Assembly (NCBI RefSeq): GCF_036321535.1
Contig: NC_087436.1
Span: forward strand, 71,984,001-72,048,000
Length of the DNA: 64,000 bases
Source: Camelus dromedarius
Taxonomy: Eukaryota
Direction of reading: 5' to 3'
Part shown: positions 10,373 to 39,455 of the stretch, in pieces
Layout of the letters: the number at the start of each line of letters is the position of its first letter
How positions within the stretch are numbered: the first letter of the stretch is position 1
The notes under the pieces: model-generated
The model's input: only the letters and a program-made list of their open reading frames with translations
Told to the model about the DNA's origin: nothing
Databases searched by the model: none
Program-made: the position numbers and the translations under genes

Positions 10373-13300
10373 ACCCATATCGCTATGTAAAACAAACTTA
10401 CCAACCAGAATACAGTGTCTATGTACAGTTTCTTTTGTCTTTAGCCTTAAAATTTCCAGTCAAAATATCATTTGCCGAAGTTACTTAGGTCAACTCCATT
10501 TCCCGCATCCTCTTAAGTAAGGTTATGACTGGTGAGTTTTCTGTAAATCACTCACATTGGACACAGGATGAGTTTAGGATCTGGGCAGTTGACTGATCCC
10601 TGGGCTTGAGCTGCACGTGTGGTCCCATCTATCAGCTCTTTGTTGTCTGTGTTCCCAAAGGGCAACCTCTGTTTACCATATGAAAATATGGCAGGAATGG
10701 TGGCAGAGGGGCTGGCAGGTGTCCTTTACTCAATGTGCTCCCTGACACTGGCACCGAATGTGGTCACACCAATCTCTCCACAAACTCCATATCAAGGGTC
10801 AAGCAGTGCTCTGGAGACCACCACTCCTTAATGCTCTTGGGCCCTGCCAGTTGATGTCCTCTCTTGCTTTCATCAATGTGGTTATATCGTGCTCCTCTGG
10901 ATTGGTCTTAAGCCAGGCCAAGCATCCCTTGCAGGAATAAGATCACTCTTCTTGTTTCACCATAGGTCCTTCATCCATATTCCCTATTGGTGGCTGTGTG
11001 TGGAAACTAAGAGCATAGTTTAGCATTGAAAGAGATTGCACTCTAGAAATGCAGTGATTATGACCTAAGAGTTCAGGAGAAAATATGTTTGGAAGATGTG
11101 TGACCTACATTTATGCTAAGGAAGTCGTAACAGTGAATTTAAGATGACCAGAGACTTGCATTTGTGGTAATCATTGATGAAGCACAATAATAACATAAAA
11201 GAGAGTCATGGAAGTCAGAATTCATCATGATATGATGGATGCTAAATCATCATGAATAATGCTATAACCGGGTTAAATTAAATAACTGATAATAGAGAAC
11301 TGTAGTGGCAAGAGGATTTATTCATTTCAATACAAATTAGCTCCAAGAAGCCAACACATCATGAGCAATAACAACAGCATTGCTATCTTTTTTTCTTGAG
11401 ATGACAGATATAAAATTAGCCAGGAAGGATATGCATTTGACAATAAGGAAAGTAGTACCAACAAAGAGGTGGTATGTGGACCTGAATAGGAAGATGTGGT
11501 GCCTGGGCATTAGGAAGAATCTTCATGTTCTCTGACTGGACAATAAAGAAGCATGTAAGTATCACTGCTCTGCTCATTGTTCTAAATCTTAACTGATAAA
11601 CTAGGAACTTCACTTAAGTCCATGCTGGAGTTGCATAAATCCAGAGGACATCATTAATGCAGAATAAAATGTGAAGTCTGCCTCCTGGAGTAGAACATGG
11701 GGTCAGTTATTTTTATTACAATTGTTAACATTTTAGAGATTTGGTTTATGATGGGGCGGCTGACAGTGTGATAAGACTGCTGTTTTATAACTGATGTGTT
11801 GGATATGTGGGAATCACACATGGAATCACAACATTTCTACCCTTCCCTTCTCACATAACAACTATCTTTGCTTCCCTTAGTCACTTGATAAAGTGATTCA
11901 GTATCTTTTCGATCTTTTTTTCACCCCTCCTTTGATATTCTAATCAGTGTCCTTTTCACCCTATTCATGAACACACTGTGCTTTTTCACGCATGCATTCC
12001 TCCTTCTGCCTGGTATGTCTTTCTCGCTCTTCTTTATCTGCTTAACTCAACACAAAGGTCACCTTCTCTGAGGATATTTCCCTGCATTGAGTTAGTTATT
12101 TCCTTCTCTGATGCCTTGTTTGCTTTTTGAACTTGACTTATTATAGCATTCACATTTTATTATAACTTGGTAGATTTTATATGCATTTTAAATATGTGAA
12201 ATCGGAGTCCTACGGCTGGAATTTAAACACACATAGTTCTGACTCCTGAGAGCAAGTCCATTTAATAGTATCAATTCATTTGTACATCTATCTCCTTAAC
12301 TAGCTATTGTTTCTTACCAGAAGGGATCATGAACCAGAAGTTATGTGTTGGCACTTAGCATAACCTGATATATAACAGATATTTGATAAAAATTAGCTGA
12401 ATAAATTGATTTATGCTATGGGCTCTAAATATTCTAAACTACAAATCATAGACTCCTGACTTAGAGCAATTTCTTGGGCTTCCAAAAATAGTAGATACAG
12501 TAAACTGAATTTTATGTAAATTTGAATTATGCACATTTGTGCTTTAAGATAATAATAATGATATATTTTATTTTTAAAAAGTTAAATAATGAAAATTCCC
12601 CCAAGTTAAAATACATCAAGAACTGCATATTCAAAACTGATAGACCTAGTAACTTTCCCTATGATGGTGTCACTTTTGCATCAGTCCAACCGATCTAAAA
12701 TTATCCCTGTTATCTCTCTTGTGTGAGTGACTGATGAATAAATACACGAATACTTGCCTGGCACCAAAGAAAGTGCTCTAGCACTTTGAGATTTATCTTT
12801 TGGGAAGAGTAAGCTCTTTCTCTGACTAATTAAAAATTTTATGTTCAAAAAATGTTACATATGATGATTGATATATATGTAGATTAATAACCATTTTTTC
12901 ATTGTATTTAATTCAGGTGGACCTTGTATAATTACTTCAGTACTAGACTATAAGCAGTTACTTGCACAGTTTCTGAGAAATGCTGCATCAAATGAACAGA
13001 TCACATTTTTAAATATTTACTCTTTATCTCCACTCAGATCTTAGTTCTGTTTGTTGCAAATTTCTTCTTTCATTCACTTAATCAGTTGATATCTGGACCC
13101 TAGGAACTGGTTCCTTAAAAACGCTAGACTTAAGAATTTCAGAGAAGAACTGAATTAAGGAGCAGGATCACTGGAGAATAAGGAGTAGGACAACTAGGTG
13201 CTGAGAGTGACAGAGAGAAGAAGCCCATCCTGGCCCTCACCCACCTCAGATGGAGTAATTTGGTTGGTGATTTGCGAAGCCGCACGGCTGAGTACCAGGA

Positions 13301-14057
13301 GGCATCAGAAGCCACACACATCTTCCATTGATGGAAGGGGGCATCAGCAAGGCGATGAACACCCTAACATGTCAGGTAAGGTTAGCCATGTCACTGGGCT
13401 GGGCTCTAGAGCACTAGAGTAGTCTGTCAGGGGTCAGAGGGCAGGGTTAGCTCCAGAGGCTGGTACAAAGAATACGTGTCAACACAAAGAATACTTCTTC
13501 ACTACGGGAAAGAGGATCCCTTGAGGTTTTTTAAATTGCAACAAGGAGGAAAATGTGGAGCACCACAGGCAATACACAGATACTCACTCCATGGCTTCTT
13601 CCCAGGGCTGAGGGACTGGCTCTTCTACACTCAGAGCTGTGTTGGATGAGAGAGCAGGCCTCCCTAACTTTGTGTTGGGGTGGACAGCAGATGCATTTCC
13701 TGACATAAAACTGATTCAGTGCAAGAACGACCGTGAGGTACTGAGGATGGGAATGGACATGCGCTCTAAACCATTTCATTACCTTTCTCACGACAGAAGT
13801 TGTGAGGCCACAGGGCAGTCCACTCACAAATTCCTTACCCCCCACAGAATCCTGGAGAGCACATATGTCCTTATTCTTTATTAGGACCATCAAAAGCAAG
13901 CCACATTTCTCCAAATAAAGAGGACTTGTTAAGAAAGAGGTAGTCTATGTTCTGGGAGGCATTGTGATTGGCTTAAGAACAATAGATAATAATTCTACTT
14001 TTTTTTAATTTCATATATTGCTCATGGGAAGAATGTATATTTTCAGGTGTGTGTGCG

Positions 14058-14488
14058 TGTGTGAGTCAACTTGGGCTCCCATAACAACATACCATAGACT
14101 AGGTGGCTTAAGCAGCAGAAATTTATTTTCTCATGGTTCTGGAGTCTGGAAAGTCCAAGATCAAGTTTCTGGTAGGGTTCAGTTTCAGGCAAGTGCTCAG
14201 TAGCTGGCTTGCAGATGGCCACCTTCATACTATACCTTAACAGAGGGGGAGAGAGAGAGAGAAAGGCGGACAGAGAGAGGGGGAGGGGGAGGGAGAGAAA
14301 GACGGAGAATGCAAATGCAAGAGCGCTCTCTGCTGTCTCTTCTTATAAAGACATTAACCCCATCACAGGGTCCTCTGCTCATGACCTCGTCTAAAGCTGC
14401 CGAAGGCTCCTTCTCCAAGTACCATTACGTGGTGGGTTAGGGCTTCAACGTATGAATTTTGGGGGGGCACAAACATTTAGCCCACAGC
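14058..14488 (-). mobile_element. MLT1A-like MaLR solo LTR with internal GA-rich expansion
   Basis: ataccatagactaggtggcttaa...ttctcatggttctggag...ggcttcaacgtatgaattttggggggg cacaaacatt. Confidence 0.82.
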
Positions 14489-15174
14489 CGTGTATGAGAC
14501 CTCTGGTCCACGCAGGGGGCTTTTCTGAGTCTCCTGTGACAATGAGCCGTCTCTCAACCTTGCTGAAGGAAGGAAGTATCCAGCAATTATGCTGCTGATG
14601 GCACAAGGCCAGAGAACCCCTTCGTGATCTCTCATACCCCGCTGTGGCGACAGCAGCTGGGAAGAGAGGGGTCATAAGTAGTTCCTCGTCAGAGAAAGTA
14701 TATGTCATTACGAAGAAGCATTTAGAAAGTACTTGTTTTTCTATGCAAGTTTTTTCCCCCTAGGACTTTTGGGAGATGCTCTCCAAAGGTTGGTTGTTTT
14801 CCTCAAATAGTTTATAATCTAACTTGGTATGCCAGTTCTGCTGTTTTAAGGACCCATGCCTAACCCAGCAGGAGAAGCCAACTCATTTAAGGACAAATGC
14901 TGTTAACAGGACATAGATTTTTGTGGAATTTGTTTCCGATTGGCCCTTGACTTACTTTGCTGTATCTCTGCTTGGCCCACATTGATGTTTTACTTCACCC
15001 TGGTAACCTCGAGGCACTTCTGTCCTTTCAAGTTTGGCAGGCAGATTGGTTGCCTTCTCTGACTCTGATCCCTCTCATTTTGTCCCCCTGTGGAAGAGAG
15101 GAAAAACACAACATCCCCTGCCCCCAGCCCCCACCAAAAAAGAGAGGCGAAATCCCTTTGTTTATGGAAAACAG

Positions 15175-15298
15175 TTTTCTTTCTCCTTTTCTCTTTCTTT
15201 TTCTTCTTCTTTCTTGCTTTCCTTCCTTCCTTCCCTCCTTCCTTCCTTCTTTCTCTCTCTCTTCTCCCTCCTGCCCTCCCCCACCCCCTTCTCTTTCC
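15175..15298. repeat. Polypyrimidine/polypurine low-complexity tract
   Basis: Nearly pure C/T run including (CCTT)n units. Confidence 0.9.
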
Positions 15299-16739
15299 AA
15301 AAGAGCTTTTGGAAGCAAGCAAATGTGAAAAATAGCTTCCCTGCAACCAGAGCATGATTCAGATAGGCTCCAAGTAAACAAAGGGAGAGATGGTTTGCTC
15401 TGCCTGAAAACAGTAATAGGAAGAGGAGATGAGAAAGATGGGGTTAGATGAGAAAGATGAGAAGGAGGAGGGAGGAGAAACCAAGAAAGGAGAGCTTCAC
15501 ATGAGGAGCCAGGTGGTAAGGACAGAACCTGAAAAAGCTGTTTCAAATATTGATTTCACATATCTTTTTTTAGACACCTTTATTATTGTATGGTTCCTGT
15601 ACTGCTTTTAAATATCTTGATGCAAACTTGCATTGAGAGTTCTATAGAAAGTGGTTGAGGCATGTCCAACATAAGGTTTGGGATAGGGAAGGGGTAGCAT
15701 GGATAGTAGAGAAGACAAAGCGCAGATAAGGAGAATCTAGCAGCACAAGGAAAGAAGAGCTAGACGTGACAAGTGTAAGTGAGATCAGTCGTCCCCTACT
15801 CCTGGATTCTTAGAAATCTGGGGAGGGTGGTGATAATTCTGTTTGCTCTCTGTAGGTGGGATCAGCATTGGGCCAAATGTAATCAGACCTCAAGGGACAA
15901 GAAGACCCTATTGAGCTGGAGGACTTTGGAAACATTCATCCTGCTGGAATTTGGCTTATATCTGCCTATGGAGTCTGTTTTAAGCTCTACGACTTGCAAC
16001 CAGAGTCATCAGCTTCCTAATCAAGACCCTAAGTACTGTCCCCTTCTCATGTCTGTCCAGGGCCCCTAGACCCTGAATATCAGCACAAATATAAATGTAA
16101 ACATTTCAGTAATACTTTCTGGTGAGAAAGGTATGAGTGATGTGTCATTCATTTATGTCAGATGAACGAGTGAGGACAGTTAGTGCATAAATCCTGACTA
16201 CAACAATCCAATTCAGTGCCACATAATGTCCACTTACAAGGGCTCTGCTTTTGTGTCAGACTTTGTGCTAAGCACTGCAGGAGTCATAAATATGAGTCCT
16301 TGAATCCAAGAAATCAACTATCTGCGTGAGGAAGAATTGCATAAGCTTGCAAATGACTGTGAATGTAAGATCAAATGACTACTGTCATGAGAAAACGTTC
16401 TGAAAGGTGTTACGAGTTGACAAAAATTAGAGTGTTCTTCTCTTTCATTTACTGCTAGAGGGTAATCGCAGATACATTCATGGGGAATTATTTCATGTAG
16501 TCCTTAAAGGATGGATAAAGTTCTTACAAGCATCAGTGAGGAAGGGGAAGAGAGATTTTAAAATCCTAAACTTTCAAACAACCAACCACTCAAAACCAAC
16601 AAAGAAAATAGATCCCAGAAAGAATAAGTAGTCAGGATTGTCTGAAGAGAAGACTTCTTCTAGCAACTGCATGTATAGCTTAGTTGCTGTGAAGAAGAGC
16701 ACCTCTAATATTTAACGCTAACAGCGATGCTAATTATGA

Positions 16740-16965
16740 TAATAATAATTCTTATCTTTTTAATTGTCTGTTAGGTATCAGATACTTTAAATACATTATT
16801 TCCTCTTTACATAAAAGACTTCGGGGGAAATATTATCATTTTCATGATACATGTGAGAAAATTAAGAGTCAGAGAGATTAAGTTACTTGCTCAAGGTCAC
16901 ATGGCTAATAACTGCACAGTCGAGATTAGCATCTGTCTGATACAAAAGTCCAGTTTACCACACTG
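16740..16965 (-). mobile_element. MIR SINE relic at the edge of the AFP enhancer
   Basis: gagagattaagttacttgctcaaggtcacatggctaat MIR core. Confidence 0.7.
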
Positions 16966-17400
16966 TTATTTTTGAGCTTCATAGATTTGTGGAAAGGTGA
17001 GCAGAATCAGAATTAGAGCAATGGAAACACATTTGATGTGAACTGTGTACTTCGGACAATACTTTGCTCAATGACACGTCCACATCCAGGGTTGTTTGCA
17101 GTTGGTAGACAGACTCTGGTTCACAGCTCCTCTTTTGTCGCTTAAAATTTGGTGTCTCAAGGTACCTCTTCTCACCGCAGTCTCTCTTTATTATCCCATC
17201 AAAGGGCTGTGATAACCGTCTGTACGCTGATGATCCCTGAATCCCCATCTCCAGCCTAGATCTTGCTCCATCAGCTTCCCTAGTAGACGTCTTAAAGGTA
17301 TTCCAACTCGCAGACCGGTATGTTTTGCTTAATAATTACACTAAGTTAACAGAAACCACAGTAAACTGGTCACTCTCTTAAACTTCGATACATGCAAAAC
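16940..17400. promoter_or_regulatory. AFP upstream enhancer region (about -3.8 to -3.4 kb)
   Basis: HNF4-like CAAAAGTCCA 16943-52, C/EBP TTTGCTCAAT 17063-72, FOXA TGTTTGC 17093-99, HNF1 CTTAATAATTACA 17328-40; position and sequence resemble human AFP enhancer domains A/B as I recall them. Confidence 0.7.
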
Positions 17401-17869
17401 TGAACACACACTCAATAAGTTCTTTTGATTTTATGTCGCTCATGTCACTTACCTTCATCCACAACTTTGATTCCGCATGAGAATTCACCACTCTCATACA
17501 GGCCACTAATTGGACCATATTATTGTAAAACTTCCTAACTGGTCTCCTTATCACAATCTTGGCTCCTTTCGTAACAAAGAGATGGTTTCAAAACACAAAT
17601 GCGATTTTTATTAGCTCCCCTTTGGAGTCTATTACCTTAGGATGAAATGTAAACTTGATTTAAAAGGTGTTTGACATAGAAAACAAACTTGCGATTACCG
17701 GGGGGGGGGGGAAGAGGGTGGGAAGGGATAAATTGGGAGTTAGGGATTAGCAGATACTAACTACTATATATAAAACAGATAAACAACAAGGTTCTACTGT
17801 ACAGCACAGGGAACTATATTCAATACCTTGTAATAACCTATAATGGAAAAGAATAGGAAAAGGAATGTG

Positions 17870-17904
<35 letters not shown>

Positions 17905-18460
17905 ATAACTGAAATATTATGCTGTACACCAGAAATTAACACATTGTAAATTGACTATACTTCAATTAAAAAAGTTATTTAAAAAAGGCCTTTGAGATGT
18001 GGCCCTGCCCACTTTGCCAGAAATTCCCTTTATAGAGTAAATCTTCTCATCTTTAAACTTTGTATTTTATTGAAATTGCATTTCTCCTGGTTCCTTAAAT
18101 ATGCTATGTTCACCCTTACTAGTGGGCCTTTCCACTGCTTTCTACTTTTGCCTGGGACACTCTTCCTTCCCTCTTTGTTTGGTCCACCTCCAGTTTTTCT
18201 ACTTGTCCCCATTAATAGGTTACTTCCTCCAGGAAGCCTTCCCTGACTCCCTCCAAAGATGTCAGGTGTTCCTCTTCTCACTTCATTTATCACTGCATCC
18301 ATCACACCATGCTGTGATTGCTGGTAATCAGTGTCTGTTTCTCCTGTTAGATGGTGAACTCAGTGAGACCAGGGGTGGTACCTATTTCTTGTTGCTGATT
18401 ATTTCTATCAAAGAAAAGGGACTGAAATATAGACTTTATCTTTTTATTGAATGAATAAAT
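17170..18460 (+). mobile_element. L2 LINE relic (RT region to 3' end), interrupted by an L1
   Basis: ctgTACGCTGATGAT (YADD) then atctccagcctaga; later cctaactggtctcct, acttcctccaggaagccttccctgac, and 3' end ttattgaatgaataaat. Confidence 0.7.
17673..17986 (+). mobile_element. 5'-truncated L1 3' end, sense orientation, with G-rich tract and (TG)n
   Basis: gacatagaaaacaaactt...cagcacagggaactatattcaata...ttgactatacttcaattaaaaaa; reverse complement of the family at 9592 and 54437. Confidence 0.9.
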
Positions 18461-18469
18461 AAAACTCTC

Positions 18470-18690
18470 ATCTATTAAATGCTACTCTGCGCAAGGCCCG
18501 ATTCTGAGCCATTTACACTCATTAATCTATTTCAGGAAAGAATTCTATCGCTATCCTTATTTTATAGATGATAAAAGTAAAGCTGAGAGAAATTAAATAA
18601 CTCACCCAAAGTTATGTAGCTAATAAGTGGTAGGGAAAAAATTCAAACCTGGTCCCCAAGCCCTTAGGTTTAACCATGACACTGTACTGC
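18470..18690 (-). mobile_element. MIR SINE relic
   Basis: ttttatagatgataaaagtaaagctgagagaaattaaataactcacccaaagt MIR core. Confidence 0.7.
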
Positions 18691-19869
18691 CCTTCTGATT
18701 ACACAGCAGGGAATAGCAGAGATCTGCTCAGAAACGGAGAGTATGGAAGGAGATTAAAGGATGACACAAACAAGGCCAATATGTGATAGAAGATTCAACT
18801 GGGCCCTGGACTGACAGTAGCCTGGTGCTTCTGGTTTAGTGTTATTGGCATCCTAACGAACTGGTAGCTGACACAACACATATCAGCTTAATGTGCACAT
18901 ACTGTTTGTTGTTATGTGTATATGTGTGTGTATACATGTATGTATTTCTGTATTTATAATATCGAAATAAGCACACTTCAGTAAGTTCCTACAATTTGTA
19001 AGGCATTTTGCACAGTCTCCTCTAATCTTTTGATGAAATGATGGGATTGTATTGCTCAGTTTTGCAGATTGTGTGTATGTGTGTGTGTGTATGACATTTG
19101 AAATATGGTTTTTAAAGTTACAAAGATCTCAGAGTGTGTAAAATATGAGATTCTATAGTGTAACCTCTTCCTCTACCTTAAATCCCTGTTTTTGGACAAA
19201 TACATTCATCCTTTATTCAGCAAGTGTTACCGAGTGCAGATAATGGACCAGGCAGTGTAGAAAGCTTGGGGATATTTGCTTCATGCCTAGACAAACTGTA
19301 TAAGTTTGCTCCATAAAATGGTTCAGTTCTTCACAACCAATGCCTTTGCTTTCTTATGCTAATATATTTGAGTAAAGAGCCCTCTCTAGGGATAGAAGGA
19401 GAGTGGTGTCCCATGAATATCCCAGTGGATAGACGAAGTGAACGATGCCTCTTGCTGAGGGAGTAAGGAGCAAGGCCTGTTCCTGTTCCTTAGGAGGTGA
19501 GACCTAGAGTGGCCACACGTAGCGGAAAAAGAACAAGAACCAAATGAATGGGAATTTTACTTGGCCAGCAATGAAGAACTTGTTCATGTCATAATAATTC
19601 TTTTTATCTCCTAGAAAGGCTGGAAGTTTATGTGAAAAGACATGTCTTTTATTCCACACTTTTTTTTTGAGGGGGGTGGAATTATTCTCTCTCTATTTTT
19701 TCTATTTTCCACTTAGTGATACATTACAAACATTTTTCTGTATCATTAACTATTCTTCCACAAAATTATTTTGATAACTACATAATACTCCATTTTATAA
19801 ATGCATCATATTTATTTATTTTCTATTGTAGCTGATTTGGTTTCATAATCTTAACTTTAGAATAATGAA

Positions 19870-20000
19870 TCATTTGTGAAGCTTTAGAAAATACTGATGC
19901 CAAAGATTCTGATTTCATTGGTCTTGGGTGCAGCCAAGACACTGAGAATTTTAACAATTACTCTAGTGACTTTAATGTGCAGCCAAGACTGAGAACCCTC
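19870..20000. mobile_element. MER5-like hAT-Charlie fragment
   Basis: gattctgatttcattggtcttgggtgcagcc...tgactttaatgtgcagccaagactgagaacc. Confidence 0.65.
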
Positions 20001-20509
20001 CTAGACAGGGAGGTTACAAGGTGAACCTCTCCTAGAATCAGGTGGTGTTCGTAAGTATTTATTTAGTATTAACATAATCATCTTGAGTTGCTAAACGAAC
20101 AGTGCAGCTCACCCACATCACAGTTTGACATACATGCAGAATTACTTTACAGCAAATGAACTTATTATAGAACTTGGCTCGTCAGAGTTTGTGTTCTAAA
20201 TTTTCTGTTCAGCTGTACATGGTATACTAAATTCTTAAAAAAATTGACCTTATTGACATACAGATCAGGTGAAAAGGATTTTTAAGCTAAAGGACACACT
20301 AATCAAGCAATAATCCCCTGCAATGAAGAGTCTGAGTTGGTCAAATCATGTGCCCAGTTCCTGGCATAGAATAGACATTCAGTTACTATTTTTTAAACAA
20401 ATTAGTATATTTAGTTGAATTTCATACAAAGTCTGATGTCTTTTGTTTATGGCCTTATTAACTTCTACTATACAATGTAGGGAAAAGTCACCCCTTTGAA
20501 CACTCCATA

Positions 20510-20760
20510 GTTTTGAGAAGAATATTTGTTATATTTGCAAAATGGAATGAATTTGCAAGTCCTCCCCCACCCTTTCGACCCCAAAGAGGTCTTGTCCTTG
20601 AACATAAAACACAAACAATCCCTATGTTGTTAATTATTAAGCAAGTTGTACATTTGCAACATAAGGAAATAAAGTAACCGCTATACCAACAAAAGATTAC
20701 TAGTTAACAGGCATTGCTAGAGAAGAGTATAAAAGAATTTCAGCATGATTTTCAATATTC
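20510..20760 (+). promoter_or_regulatory. AFP proximal promoter
   Basis: NR5A2/FTF site TGTCCTTGA 20593-601; distal HNF1 GTTAATTATTAAG 20629-41; proximal HNF1 GATTACTAGTTAAC 20695-708; TATAAAA 20728-34; TSS about 20755. Confidence 0.9.
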
Positions 20761-20800
20761 TTCCCTCATCACCACAATCACAACGAAATAACAAGCAACC

Positions 20801-38940
<18,140 letters not shown>

Positions 38941-39306
38941 ATTACTTCAGGTAACAAAAAATGCAGACAATGCTAACTATAAAGTTGGTTCTTTCCAAGT
39001 GTTGATCCATAGTGAAATACATCCTAAGAGCTAACATTAAATATTTTTCTTAAAATTAAATGCAATTAAGTAAAAAAGTTTATTTTAAAAGCTTGGAACA
39101 AAATTATGCCTGCAATGTTAGATTAGTGATTAAAACTAACTCAGAATTCTTTTAGGTTATTCAAAGGTTTCAGAGAATTCCATCAGAAGACCTTCCTATC
39201 TGTATATCTGATCTATATCTGACTGATATATCTGATATAAAATAAAACCAGTTACTTTATGCATATATTAATTTAATTAGTATTTATATTTTTGTTCATA
39301 TTACAG

Positions 39307-39455
39307 GTTGAAGAGAAGAAGGCAATAAGTCTTTATTGTTTGGTGGAAATTTTCCCTTTTAATTCTAACTGATCTGTGCTTTTTGTGAATTAAAGAAATG
39401 ATGAAGGCTTTGTGTGAGATTTTCCTATCATATAAATAAAGTATCTCTAAATGTT
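39307..39455 (+). other. AFP: AFP exon 15 (non-coding 3' UTR)
   Basis: ttacag|GTTGAAGAGAAG acceptor, resembles AFP 3' UTR; AATAAA 39435-39440; 3' end approximate. Confidence 0.82.
39435..39440 (+). terminator. AFP polyadenylation signal
   Basis: AATAAA followed by U-rich tract. Confidence 0.8.

Larger units (their letters stand above)
8745..10530 (-). mobile_element. Old L1M (L1MC/MD-like) 3' UTR relic, interrupted by two younger L1 fragments
   Basis: Motifs such as tttgccaggtttctc...ctgtaaagtt, gtcactaattcagcccacactcaag, gttataattcaatgctac; boundaries approximate. Confidence 0.65.

Noticed and set aside
13080..13900. Possible ERVL/MaLR internal or LTR pieces
   Set aside because: Only vague resemblance; I could not assign family or boundaries without a search
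14957..15546. Cluster of 80-172 aa ORFs on both strands
   Set aside because: Stop-free frames caused by purine/pyrimidine low-complexity sequence
39241..39246. AATAAA in AFP intron 14 as an alternative poly(A) site
   Set aside because: Expected by chance in very AT-rich intron; no supporting evidence from sequence alone
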